Sequence record: DRR723986_4151
Direction: 5' to 3' (one strand)
DNA length: 64,000 nucleotides
Below, one piece after another: positions 46,997-56,481 of the stretch. A program made the position numbers and the translations under genes. Numbering within the stretch: the stretch's first letter is position 1; the number at the start of each line of letters is the position of its first letter. The notes under the pieces were generated by a model. The model was not told where the DNA came from. It made no database searches and saw only the letters and a list, made by a program, of their open reading frames with translations.

Positions 46997-48328
46997 TTGC
47001 TTTTTAAATTTTTAAAATATATACAACCAACTAATTACTTTACACATAGTACTGTTAATTATGTATCTATATTTCCAATAGTTGAATTTCTAGAACCAGA
47101 AATTAAAGCCCAACTTCAAGAAAATCAAGATTATCAAAGTGAAACTGCAATAGCTTACGATTTATCCTGGCAGGCTGTACAGTTAGGTTATGTAGGAAAT
47201 GCCAAAACGTATAGTTCGTTTAAAGAGCTTCCACTTGAGGATGAATATTGCTTTATTAGAAAATACTTCAATTCAATTTGGGCGTTTTATATTTTAATTC
47301 TTAGGCTCTTTTCGTTTAAAAATCCGTTTAAGAATTTTTTAGCCTTTTTTAAAACACGTAATGTTAAACGGTTAAAAATTTATAAAAACCCAATTGAGTA
47401 TAGTAATTGGGAAACTTTTAATTCCACTTTAATAGAACAACAGCCACTAGTGAGTATTATTATACCAACTTTAAATAGGTATACTTATTTAAAAACTGGT
47501 TTAAAGGATTTAGAACACCAAGACTATAAAAACTTTGAGGTCATTGTAATTGATCAATCAAAACCATTTAATGAGCCATTTTACGATGATTTTAATTTAA
47601 ATATTACTATTAAATACCAACAAGAGCTCGCGCTTTGGTTAGCTAGAAATAGTGCTATAAAACTAGCTAAAGGTAATTTTATTCTTCTATATGATGATGA
47701 CAGTAGAGTAGAACCCGATTGGATATCTAATCACTTAAAATGTCTGGATTTTTTTAAAGCTGATATTTCATCTGGAATATCTATAAGTGTGGTAGGTGAT
47801 AGAGTGCCGGAAAATTATAATTTTTTTAGACGTTCAGATCAATTGGATACTGGTAACGTAATGCTAAAGAAATCGATTTTTAAAGCAATTGGGTTGTTTG
47901 ACAGACAATTTGAAAAACAACGTATGGGTGATGGAGAGTTTGGGTTACGTGCACATGTTAATGGATATTTAAATATATCTAACCCATATGCAAAACGATT
48001 ACACCTCAAAGTGGGTAGTGGTGGTTTGAGAGAAATGGGAAGTTGGGACGGTTTTAGACCTAGAAAATGGTTAGATCCAAGACCAATTCCAAGTGTATTG
48101 TATTTATACAGATTATATTTCGGAGATAAAAAAGCCAAGTTAGAATTATTAAAAACAGTACCAAAATCAATAATGCCTTACCGCTTTAAAGGAAATAAAC
48201 TGCTGATGCTTCTTGGTGCGGTAATCACTATTTTTATATTACCAATTATTATTTTTCAAGTGAATAAATCTTGGAAATTAGCTACTGACAAAATTGAAGA
48301 AGGACCATTAATTGAAGCTTTACATTAA
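46997..48328 (+). CDS. GT2 glycosyltransferase with N-terminal extension and C-terminal TM
   Basis: VSIIIPTLNR, IDQS, ARN, YDDD, GLFD, DGEFGLR. Confidence 0.9.
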   Translation: MLFKFLKYIQPTNYFTHSTVNYVSIFPIVEFLEPEIKAQLQENQDYQSETAIAYDLSWQAVQLGYVGNAKTYSSFKELPLEDEYCFIRKYFNSIWAFYILILRLFSFKNPFKNFLAFFKTRNVKRLKIYKNPIEYSNWETFNSTLIEQQPLVSIIIPTLNRYTYLKTGLKDLEHQDYKNFEVIVIDQSKPFNEPFYDDFNLNITIKYQQELALWLARNSAIKLAKGNFILLYDDDSRVEPDWISNHLKCLDFFKADISSGISISVVGDRVPENYNFFRRSDQLDTGNVMLKKSIFKAIGLFDRQFEKQRMGDGEFGLRAHVNGYLNISNPYAKRLHLKVGSGGLREMGSWDGFRPRKWLDPRPIPSVLYLYRLYFGDKKAKLELLKTVPKSIMPYRFKGNKLLMLLGAVITIFILPIIIFQVNKSWKLATDKIEEGPLIEALH

Positions 48329-49401
48329 TGAAAATAGTACAAGTCATAGATCAGTTAAATGTTGGTGGAGCAGAACGCGTCTTAATTGACTTGTCTAATT
48401 TATTATATGAAAACCGTAATAATGTAACTGTACTTTGTTTGTTAGATGAAACAGTTTTAGATGGGCATTTAAATGATGATATTCCAGTTATTTACCTTAA
48501 AAGGTTAAATAAATACAACCCATTATATTTAATAAGACTTTACAGAATACTTAAACAATTTGATATTGTTCATATTCATTTACGTCAGGTTTTAAGATAT
48601 GTTTCGTTATTATTTTATATCACCAAAATTGATAGAAAAAAGGTTTTTATTTTTCATGATCACTACGGTAGAATAAATGAAGATAGGAGAGTTTCAACTA
48701 CTTTAAAAAAGGCTATTAAGCATTGTAAATGCTACGTTGGCGTGAGCGAACAGTTAAAAGTCTGGGCAGATTCAAAGAAATTGAATCAAAAAACCTTTAA
48801 ATTAAGTAACATAGTAAGAGTGAGCTCAGTAAAAATAAAAACTGACTTATCTTCTAGCAATGTAAAATTGGTATCTGTTGGGAATTTTAGACCACAGAAG
48901 AATTATGAATTTTTAATTGAACTCATAAAATTTTTACCAGAGAACTATAGGTTTACTATTTACGGTCAAATTATTGATAAGGAGTATTACCAAAAAATTC
49001 TTGCACTAATAGAAAAGTATAATTGTACAGATAAGGTTTCAATAAATACAAATTGTAATTCTATTCAGTCTAAATTGTCTCAATATCATTTAGGAGTTCA
49101 TTGTGCAGCTTCAGAAACAGGTCCGCTTGTTGCTATTGAGTATATGAGTCATCATTTACCATTCATTGCATATAATACAGGTGAAGTAGCTTTACAGGTA
49201 AAAGAGTCATTCCCTATATTTATTCAAGAGAATTTTAATGTTACTACTTGGGTTAATAGTATTGAAAATATACTTTTAAATAGAGATAAGTATGTAAATC
49301 AATTAAATGATTTTTATACCAAAAATTATTCTGAAGAGACTTATTTAAACCATTGTTTATCAATTTATAATACCTTATTAAATACGAAAAACGATCATTA
49401 G
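48328..49401 (+). CDS. GT4 glycosyltransferase
   Basis: GGAERV, VGNFRPQKN, SETGPLVAIEYM. Confidence 0.9.
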   Translation: MKIVQVIDQLNVGGAERVLIDLSNLLYENRNNVTVLCLLDETVLDGHLNDDIPVIYLKRLNKYNPLYLIRLYRILKQFDIVHIHLRQVLRYVSLLFYITKIDRKKVFIFHDHYGRINEDRRVSTTLKKAIKHCKCYVGVSEQLKVWADSKKLNQKTFKLSNIVRVSSVKIKTDLSSSNVKLVSVGNFRPQKNYEFLIELIKFLPENYRFTIYGQIIDKEYYQKILALIEKYNCTDKVSINTNCNSIQSKLSQYHLGVHCAASETGPLVAIEYMSHHLPFIAYNTGEVALQVKESFPIFIQENFNVTTWVNSIENILLNRDKYVNQLNDFYTKNYSEETYLNHCLSIYNTLLNTKNDH

Positions 49402-50532
49402 GTGAAATTAACCATAATATCACATACAGAACATTATAAAAAATCTGATAGCACTATTGTAGGTTGGGGACCAACAATCACTGAAATTAGCCATCTCGCA
49501 GAGATTTTTGACGAAATCTATCATATAGCTATGTTTTATAATGAGCAAGCACCAGATAGCTCATTGCCTTATACTAAAGATAATATAACATTGGTACCAA
49601 TAAAGCCAACAGGTGGTCATAGTATTAAGGCTAAATTGAATGTGTTGTTCTCCGCTCCAAGAGTTATAAGAACAGTTAATAAAACGCTAACAAAAACAGA
49701 CTGTTTTCAATTACGAGCTCCTACAGGGATTGGTGTGTTTTTAATTCCTTATCTCATATTATTTTCAAAAAAGAAAGGGTGGTTTAAGTATGCAGGCAAC
49801 TGGAAAGAAAATCCAGCACCATTAGGTTATGCAATTCAAAGGTTCTTTTTAAAACGTCAAAAAAGAAAGGTAACAATTAATGGTAAATGGGAAAATCAAA
49901 AAGGACATTGCCTTAGTTTTGAAAATCCCTGCCTGACTGAAAAGGATATAATAGAAGGAAAAGAATTTGTTGCAACAAAAACAAATAAGGATGTTTTAAA
50001 CTTCTGTTATGTTGGTAGGTTAGAGAAGCAAAAAGGTGTGGAAAGGATTATTAATGCTTTTAATCAACTACCACATGATATGTTAGCTAAGGTTGGTGAA
50101 ATTCATTTAGTTGGTGATGGTGCTGATGTAGATTTTTTCAAACAAATAAGCAAAAAGAAAGGTGTAAACTTTAAATTTCATGGTTTTCTGCCAACACATA
50201 AAGTGTTCGAAATCTATAAGGAATCTCATTTTTTTCTGATGCCATCAACGGCTTCAGAAGGTTTTCCAAAGGTTATTGCTGAAGCAATGAATTATGGATG
50301 TGTCCCAATAGTATCATCGATATCTTCAATTGGGCAATATGTAAAAAATGGTGAAAATGGATTTTTAATAGATCCGGTTACTGAAGATAATGTAATCAAC
50401 GTCATTTCTGAAGCAATTGATTTACCTCAAAATAAATTTGAAGAGTTTCAAATCAAGAATCAAAATATTGTTGTGAAATTTACGTACGAATATTACCTCG
50501 AGAGAATAAAGAAACTTATTTCTGAAGAATAA
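49402..50532 (+). CDS. GT4 glycosyltransferase
   Basis: VGRLEKQKG, SEGFPKVIAEAM. Confidence 0.9.
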   Translation: MKLTIISHTEHYKKSDSTIVGWGPTITEISHLAEIFDEIYHIAMFYNEQAPDSSLPYTKDNITLVPIKPTGGHSIKAKLNVLFSAPRVIRTVNKTLTKTDCFQLRAPTGIGVFLIPYLILFSKKKGWFKYAGNWKENPAPLGYAIQRFFLKRQKRKVTINGKWENQKGHCLSFENPCLTEKDIIEGKEFVATKTNKDVLNFCYVGRLEKQKGVERIINAFNQLPHDMLAKVGEIHLVGDGADVDFFKQISKKKGVNFKFHGFLPTHKVFEIYKESHFFLMPSTASEGFPKVIAEAMNYGCVPIVSSISSIGQYVKNGENGFLIDPVTEDNVINVISEAIDLPQNKFEEFQIKNQNIVVKFTYEYYLERIKKLISEE

Positions 50533-50679
50533 GATTTAGAATAAAAGCTTAATTTTTAAATTCATAAATATGAGATGGTGCTATTCACTTAATTAAAAAG
50601 CACGTTAGTCTATGAAATTAGGCTAAGTTTCCTAATTTTATTTATATTTAGCTCGCTATTAAACAATTACATTTACTCA

Positions 50680-51498
50680 TTGAATAGGAGAAAACTTTCC
50701 TGGATTTTAAGAAGACACTCTTTTTTGTATTATGCAAGATTCAGGTTACTTTCCTATAACTCTACAAAAGATGAGGTAGATAAAGAAACGTATAATTTTT
50801 ATAATCCAAAATCTGAAATTCCGAAGATTTATTATGAGGTTAATGAAAGGATTTTTGAAGGTGTTGGTCCTCAAACTGATTTAGAAAAAGCAAAGCATAT
50901 TTCTAGTTGGTTGAGAAAGCACATTAAAGGCGGCTCTGGCTTAAGTTTGCCATCTGACACCGCTTTAGCGGCAATGTTAGATGGTAAAGGTGGCGTATGT
51001 AGCGATATGTCGCAGGTATATAATAATTTTTGCGTTATAAATGATTTATTAGTAAAGGAATGGGGAATTACTGTAATTCCGTTTGATAAAAACTATGGCG
51101 GACATGCTGCCAATGAAGTATTCTCAAAAGAATTAAATAAATGGATACTAATTGATGTATCAAGGTGTATTACCTTTTATACCTATAGTATTGATAGGCC
51201 ACTTTCTGCACTTGAAGTTTTCTATATGGATGAAGGGTTAAAGTATGATGATTTTTATGAGAATATTGATGATGATACACAAATTCAGAATTATTATTTT
51301 AACAAAAATGCTACACTTTTTTTAATATCAAGGTATAAGAATAAGACTTACGACAAATACTTAAAGTTTTTTCCTTCTAAAATACCTATCTTTTTAGTTC
51401 ATTTTTACATTTTTCTTACAGGAAAAAGTTACAAATATAAATTTCCACTACATGATTATAGAAAGATGTTTAAATCAAGAAAATCTGCATTATCTTAG
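50680..51498 (+). CDS. Transglutaminase-like (Cys-His-Asp) domain protein
   Basis: GGVCSD, GHAANEV, KWILID; TTG start; -7-like TATATTTAG upstream. Confidence 0.8.
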   Translation: MNRRKLSWILRRHSFLYYARFRLLSYNSTKDEVDKETYNFYNPKSEIPKIYYEVNERIFEGVGPQTDLEKAKHISSWLRKHIKGGSGLSLPSDTALAAMLDGKGGVCSDMSQVYNNFCVINDLLVKEWGITVIPFDKNYGGHAANEVFSKELNKWILIDVSRCITFYTYSIDRPLSALEVFYMDEGLKYDDFYENIDDDTQIQNYYFNKNATLFLISRYKNKTYDKYLKFFPSKIPIFLVHFYIFLTGKSYKYKFPLHDYRKMFKSRKSALS

Positions 51499-51527
51499 AA
51501 CCAGAAAAGAATAAATATCATTTCTAA

Positions 51528-52877
51528 TTGAATTTTGATAGCAAATATATTTTTTGGGTAATAATCCATATTATCATTGGATTTTTAATCTTCACATTTA
51601 AACCTATGGCTAAGGTTTATTTTAATGCGGCTGTGATATATTTTATTGCCTATGTCATTGTTGCTCCAAAATCTATGAAAACATTGGCCATAATGAACGC
51701 ATGTGCTTATTTTGTCGGGGCAGAAGTTCTATTTAGAATGACAAAAGGTGGTATTGCTTATGAAGCCTCTAAATATTTGGTAATTCTTTTCGTACTCATG
51801 GGTATGTTTTTCAAAGGTGTCAAAGGACAAGGATATCCATATTTTTTATATTTGATTTTACTGGTTCCTGCAATTTTTACAGCATCGATTAATTTAAGAT
51901 TTGATGCCAACTTTAGGACTAATTTAGCCTTTGTATTAAGTGGACCCGTTTGCTTGGGTTTAGCTTCATTGTTTTTTTATGACCGGTCAGTTAAGAATAA
52001 AGACCTTATACAGATGCTTAATTACTTGTCATTACCAATTATAACTATGACATTTTACTTGTTTTTTTACAATCCAAGTGTAAGAGATACCATAAAAGAT
52101 ACAGCATCTAACTTCAGTACTTCAGGTGGTTTTGGACCTAACCAAGTAGCAACAATTTTAGGTTTAGGTATGTTTGCATTTACGGTTAGATTACTTTTAA
52201 AATCCCCAAGTATCGGATTGAAAATATTTAATATCATCATATTAATTCTTATATCATATCGCGCGGTTGTAACATTTAGTCGTGGTGGTGTTTTGGCCGC
52301 AATAATAACCATATTGGCTTTTGTAGTTATCGTTTATGCAAGAGCTAGACCAGCTTTAAAAAACAAACTTATTGGTTCATCAGCGTTATTTATAACGGCA
52401 TTAATTATTACATGGGTAATAAGTTCTACTACAACAATGGGACTCATAGATAAGCGTTATGCAAATCAAGATTCATTAGGAAGGGAAAAAGCTGATTTAA
52501 CCACGGGTAGAGTTGAACTGCTTATGAATGAGCTGGATGGTTTTATAGAAAATCCTTTTCTAGGCATAGGTGCGAGTAATACTAAATATAGACGAGATAA
52601 TGGGGAAATGATTGTATCTCACAATGAAATTAGTAGAACACTTTCAGAACATGGTTTTTTAGGTATAATTGTTTTATTGATACTTATTTTTACACCATTG
52701 TCATTTAGGTCTAGAAACAAAAAGAATATATATTTTTACGCATTTATGGCGTTTTGGTTTCTAACAATTAATCACTCAGCAATGCGTTTAGCAGGACCTG
52801 CATTTTTCTACGCCTTAGCGCTAATTAATATTAAAAATGAAAAACGTCCTTTACATAGGAAACGCCTTATCAAATAG
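51528..52877 (+). CDS. O-antigen ligase/Wzy-family membrane protein
   Basis: Multi-TM; GPNQ, TFSRGG, TGR, NPFLGIG, SHNE..R.LSEHG. Confidence 0.88.
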   Translation: MNFDSKYIFWVIIHIIIGFLIFTFKPMAKVYFNAAVIYFIAYVIVAPKSMKTLAIMNACAYFVGAEVLFRMTKGGIAYEASKYLVILFVLMGMFFKGVKGQGYPYFLYLILLVPAIFTASINLRFDANFRTNLAFVLSGPVCLGLASLFFYDRSVKNKDLIQMLNYLSLPIITMTFYLFFYNPSVRDTIKDTASNFSTSGGFGPNQVATILGLGMFAFTVRLLLKSPSIGLKIFNIIILILISYRAVVTFSRGGVLAAIITILAFVVIVYARARPALKNKLIGSSALFITALIITWVISSTTTMGLIDKRYANQDSLGREKADLTTGRVELLMNELDGFIENPFLGIGASNTKYRRDNGEMIVSHNEISRTLSEHGFLGIIVLLILIFTPLSFRSRNKKNIYFYAFMAFWFLTINHSAMRLAGPAFFYALALINIKNEKRPLHRKRLIK

Positions 52878-53844
52878 TGGTAAAACAGTTACGACTATTG
52901 AGACATTAAGTGCACACTTAAAGGAATTCTGTGCTATTAAAATAGCCTCAAATAAAACTAATAAAATTCTCAGGCTTTATGACATGATTAAATTGGTTTT
53001 AACCAATAAATCAACAACAGATTTTGTATTAATTGATACCTATAGTACAACAAACTTTTATTTTACATTAATTATAAGTCAATTGTGTAGGTTTCTTAAA
53101 CTAAGATATATACCTATTTTACATGGTGGGAATCTTGAGAATAGACTCATAAACTTTCCAAAATTAAGTCAATTAATTTTTAAGAATGCCTACCAACTTG
53201 TGGCACCATCAAGGTTCTTAGAATCAATTTTCACTTCTTATGGTTATACAAATAGTACTCATATTCCTAATTCAATTGATATAGATCATTATGAGTTTTT
53301 GAGTCGAAAGGTTGATATCGTAAAATTATTATGGGTAAGATCATTTTCATCAATTTATAATCCTGAATTAGCTATTAAAGTACTTAATAAATTAAATAAA
53401 GAGGGTGTAAAAGCAGAGCTTACTATGATTGGTCCAGAAGTAGATGGATCATTAGTTAGAACAAAAGAACGAGCTAAGCAATATAACTTAGATGTTAATT
53501 TCACAGGTAAAATGCCAAAAACCCGGTGGATTGAGATTTCAAGAGACTGCAATATATTCATTAACACTACTAATTTTGATAACACTCCTGTAAGTGTTAT
53601 TGAAGCCATGGCATTAGGACTGCCTGTGGTGTCTACAAATGCAGGTGGATTACCTTATTTAATTACGGACAATATTGATGGTCTATTAGTTCCTGTAGAC
53701 AATACCAATGCAATGGTAAATGCGATAAAAATTTTGTCTAAAAGCGATGAGTTAAGACAAAAACTAATAGATAATGGAAGACAAAAAGCAGAATCTTTTG
53801 ATTGGAATACAGTTAAATCTCAATGGAAGTCGCTTTTATCCTAA
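52837..53844 (+). CDS. GT4 glycosyltransferase
   Basis: LHGG, IPNSID, DNTPVSVIEAMALGLPVVSTNAGG. Confidence 0.9.
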   Translation: MKNVLYIGNALSNSGKTVTTIETLSAHLKEFCAIKIASNKTNKILRLYDMIKLVLTNKSTTDFVLIDTYSTTNFYFTLIISQLCRFLKLRYIPILHGGNLENRLINFPKLSQLIFKNAYQLVAPSRFLESIFTSYGYTNSTHIPNSIDIDHYEFLSRKVDIVKLLWVRSFSSIYNPELAIKVLNKLNKEGVKAELTMIGPEVDGSLVRTKERAKQYNLDVNFTGKMPKTRWIEISRDCNIFINTTNFDNTPVSVIEAMALGLPVVSTNAGGLPYLITDNIDGLLVPVDNTNAMVNAIKILSKSDELRQKLIDNGRQKAESFDWNTVKSQWKSLLS

Positions 53845-53900
53845 ATTAAATTTTATAATCATTTAGACTTTTTATCTTTACCATAAAGCTTATCTCAATA

Positions 53901-55295
53901 ATGAAGCACAAAAAAGGGATACATTTTGAAGTTTCTGAACGTAAGATTCTTCTAAGAATCATGGATTTGGTCATGGTTCTACTAGGAATTTATCTCTTAG
54001 GATTATTTTTTGACTTCGATTATGTCGTTATTAATTCTGAAAACATTGTACCAGTTGTATTACTCGCTGCTTATATCACCATATTTGGAACTATTTTTGA
54101 GCTTTACGATTTACAAAGAGCCAGTAAAGTTGATACTACATTTAGTAATATTGTAATTACTACATCTACAGTTGTATTATTTTATCTTTTCACACCAGTT
54201 CTATCGCCATATTTACCAGAAGAACGTATGCAAATTGTGTATTTGTATCTCGTTATAATTGTTTCAATATTAATTTGGAGATTGTTTTATATAAACCTTA
54301 TTGAATCACCTAGATTCTATAAACGTGTTTTGCTGGTTGGTGAAATTTCAAATATTGAAGGACTAGTTAAAGCTCTAGACGCTTCAGATCCTAATTATAA
54401 AATCGTAGGATTTATTAATAGTGAGGCGACAACTACAGAATCAATAAAATTCAAAGGGCTTAAAGAATTTGCTGCGAAAGACTTTCTAGAAATCATTCAA
54501 AGAGAAAAAATTTCAGAGGTCTTGATGGCGAGTTTTAATACAGAAGCTATAATAGCAGAAGTCTATCATGATTTAATATTATTATTAGAACGAGGATTCA
54601 AAATTAGGGAGTATACTCAAGTTTATGAGGAATTGCTCCACAAGGTGCCTATTCAATTTGTTGGTAAAGATTTTTATAAATATTTTCCATTTAGTAGAAG
54701 TAACGAAACCAAATTATACATATTCTTTCATCGCGCTTTTGATATTGTTTTTTCTACATTTGGATTGCTTAGTGGACTTTTACTAGTCCCATTTATTCTT
54801 ATAGGAAATTTAATTGGTAATAAAGGCCCGTTATTTTATACCCAAGAACGTGTTGGTAGAAATAGTAAACCATTTAGAATAATAAAGCTGAGAACAATGG
54901 TAGTAAATGCGGAAGAGCATGGCGTAAAATGGGCTGAGAAAGGGGATAAAAGAATTACGGCATTTGGCATGTTTTTAAGACGAAGTCGATTAGACGAAAT
55001 ACCACAATTCCTTAATGTACTTAAGGGCGAAATGAGTATTATAGGGCCAAGGCCAGAGCGTCCATTTTTTGTCAATGAACTATCACGAATAATTCCGTTT
55101 TACGAAACACGACATATTATAAAACCAGGACTAACAGGTTGGGCTCAAGTCAATACAAGGTATGGTTCTTCTATAGATGATAGTCTTACTAAGCTGCAAT
55201 ACGATTTATACTATATAAAACACAGAAGTATATTTTTAGATTTTAGCATTACCATAAAGACCTTAAGCACCATATTATACTACAGAGGTCAGTAA
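53901..55295 (+). CDS. Large polyprenyl-phosphate glycosylphosphotransferase (WcaJ/WbaP-like)
   Basis: Four N-terminal TMs; RLDEIPQ, MSIIGPRPERP, KPGLTGWAQV, KLQYDLYYI. Confidence 0.93.
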   Translation: MKHKKGIHFEVSERKILLRIMDLVMVLLGIYLLGLFFDFDYVVINSENIVPVVLLAAYITIFGTIFELYDLQRASKVDTTFSNIVITTSTVVLFYLFTPVLSPYLPEERMQIVYLYLVIIVSILIWRLFYINLIESPRFYKRVLLVGEISNIEGLVKALDASDPNYKIVGFINSEATTTESIKFKGLKEFAAKDFLEIIQREKISEVLMASFNTEAIIAEVYHDLILLLERGFKIREYTQVYEELLHKVPIQFVGKDFYKYFPFSRSNETKLYIFFHRAFDIVFSTFGLLSGLLLVPFILIGNLIGNKGPLFYTQERVGRNSKPFRIIKLRTMVVNAEEHGVKWAEKGDKRITAFGMFLRRSRLDEIPQFLNVLKGEMSIIGPRPERPFFVNELSRIIPFYETRHIIKPGLTGWAQVNTRYGSSIDDSLTKLQYDLYYIKHRSIFLDFSITIKTLSTILYYRGQ

Positions 55296-55302
55296 TTTCT
55301 GT

Positions 55303-56478
55303 TTATGCTTTCTGGAAATGTTGCAATAGAAAAAAGTACCTCATAATTATTGCAAAAAGGATTGGTATTAAAGCAACTGAAAACACCTGTACACCAATTA
55401 ACCAATGAAGGGTCATTAGTATTAGCATAAGTAATAAGAACTTTAAATACCCTTTAAACCAATTCTTAATATCTTTTTTATAGAGTTGCCCTATCATAAA
55501 TAGGTTTAGAGGAAAAGCCCAGAGCATATTATAATTATAACCTGTTGCTGTGTGATCTGTAGCAAACCATAATAAGAAGACAATAATACCCACAAGACCT
55601 GTTATAACAAAGAGTAAAGTATCTAACCATTTACTTCTGGTTTTGTTCTTAAAATCTCTATAAGTTATATATAAAATTAAAGTGGCAAACAATCCCAATA
55701 TCAATAAGGGACTTAGGAAGAAATTTGTTTTTGATCTTTCATTTTTTTGCTTATAAATCGTTGTAGATTTATTTACAAGATTTTTGGTGTCACTTAATGT
55801 TGCATTTTCAAAAAAAGTATGAATATATTTAGGTAAAAACATATGTTCATATGGTGTGGCTTCTCTATCTATAATAGAGCCAAGAGCTATATCAATACCA
55901 AAACTTCCCCAAGTGTTCTTTCCGACGTGATCATGGATAAGTGTTCTAAATGTTTTTGGTTCAAAATTTTTCGGTGCTAGAAAGGAAATATTATCATTGG
56001 TCGCAACTTTTGCGACGTCTCTAATTCGAGTTGCGCAATTGTCGTAGAAAAAATCATAAAGATACTTTCTGTTTTCTGGTTTGTAATTGTTTAGTAGGTA
56101 GTCATAAAGACGCTGTCTTTCTTCGTATGAGAGATTAAGGCGTTGTTCCTCAATTGTTCTATCATAACGAATATAAAATCTGTAAAAATCAGAAAAGTTA
56201 TTTTTACTTATGAGGTAGTTTAATTTACCCTGAGCAAACTTTAGATAAAAATTTGGAGCATCAAAGTCGTATTCACCATACCCAAAAACTACATCAAGGC
56301 CACGTTGACTATCTTTTATTCTAAAGGCATTATGCCCAAAAGCATCATTTAGTGATTCACCAGGACCAACTGTTAGTACAGATACTTCAGCATTTGGTGA
56401 TAATGGAAATTGCTGTGAATAACCAAGAAGTCCTACGAATAAAAAGTGTAAAGAATATAGTTTTAATTTCATTAGCAA
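55303..56478 (-). CDS. DUF4105 protein (probable Lnb-type lipoprotein N-acyltransferase)
   Basis: Signal peptide; AFGH, YLYDFFYDNCATRIRD, FLP; C-terminal TM bundle with N.LWAFP. Confidence 0.8.
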   Translation of the reverse strand: MLMKLKLYSLHFLFVGLLGYSQQFPLSPNAEVSVLTVGPGESLNDAFGHNAFRIKDSQRGLDVVFGYGEYDFDAPNFYLKFAQGKLNYLISKNNFSDFYRFYIRYDRTIEEQRLNLSYEERQRLYDYLLNNYKPENRKYLYDFFYDNCATRIRDVAKVATNDNISFLAPKNFEPKTFRTLIHDHVGKNTWGSFGIDIALGSIIDREATPYEHMFLPKYIHTFFENATLSDTKNLVNKSTTIYKQKNERSKTNFFLSPLLILGLFATLILYITYRDFKNKTRSKWLDTLLFVITGLVGIIVFLLWFATDHTATGYNYNMLWAFPLNLFMIGQLYKKDIKNWFKGYLKFLLLMLILMTLHWLIGVQVFSVALIPILFAIIMRYFFLLQHFQKA

Positions 56479-56481
56479 AAT

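Noticed and set aside
40624-51498. Lasso-peptide cluster (cyclase-like plus transglutaminase-like protease)
   Set aside because: Genes are ~9 kb apart among glycosyltransferases; no PqqD/RRE protein and no precursor peptide found (only 4-8 codon ORFs in 50533-50679)
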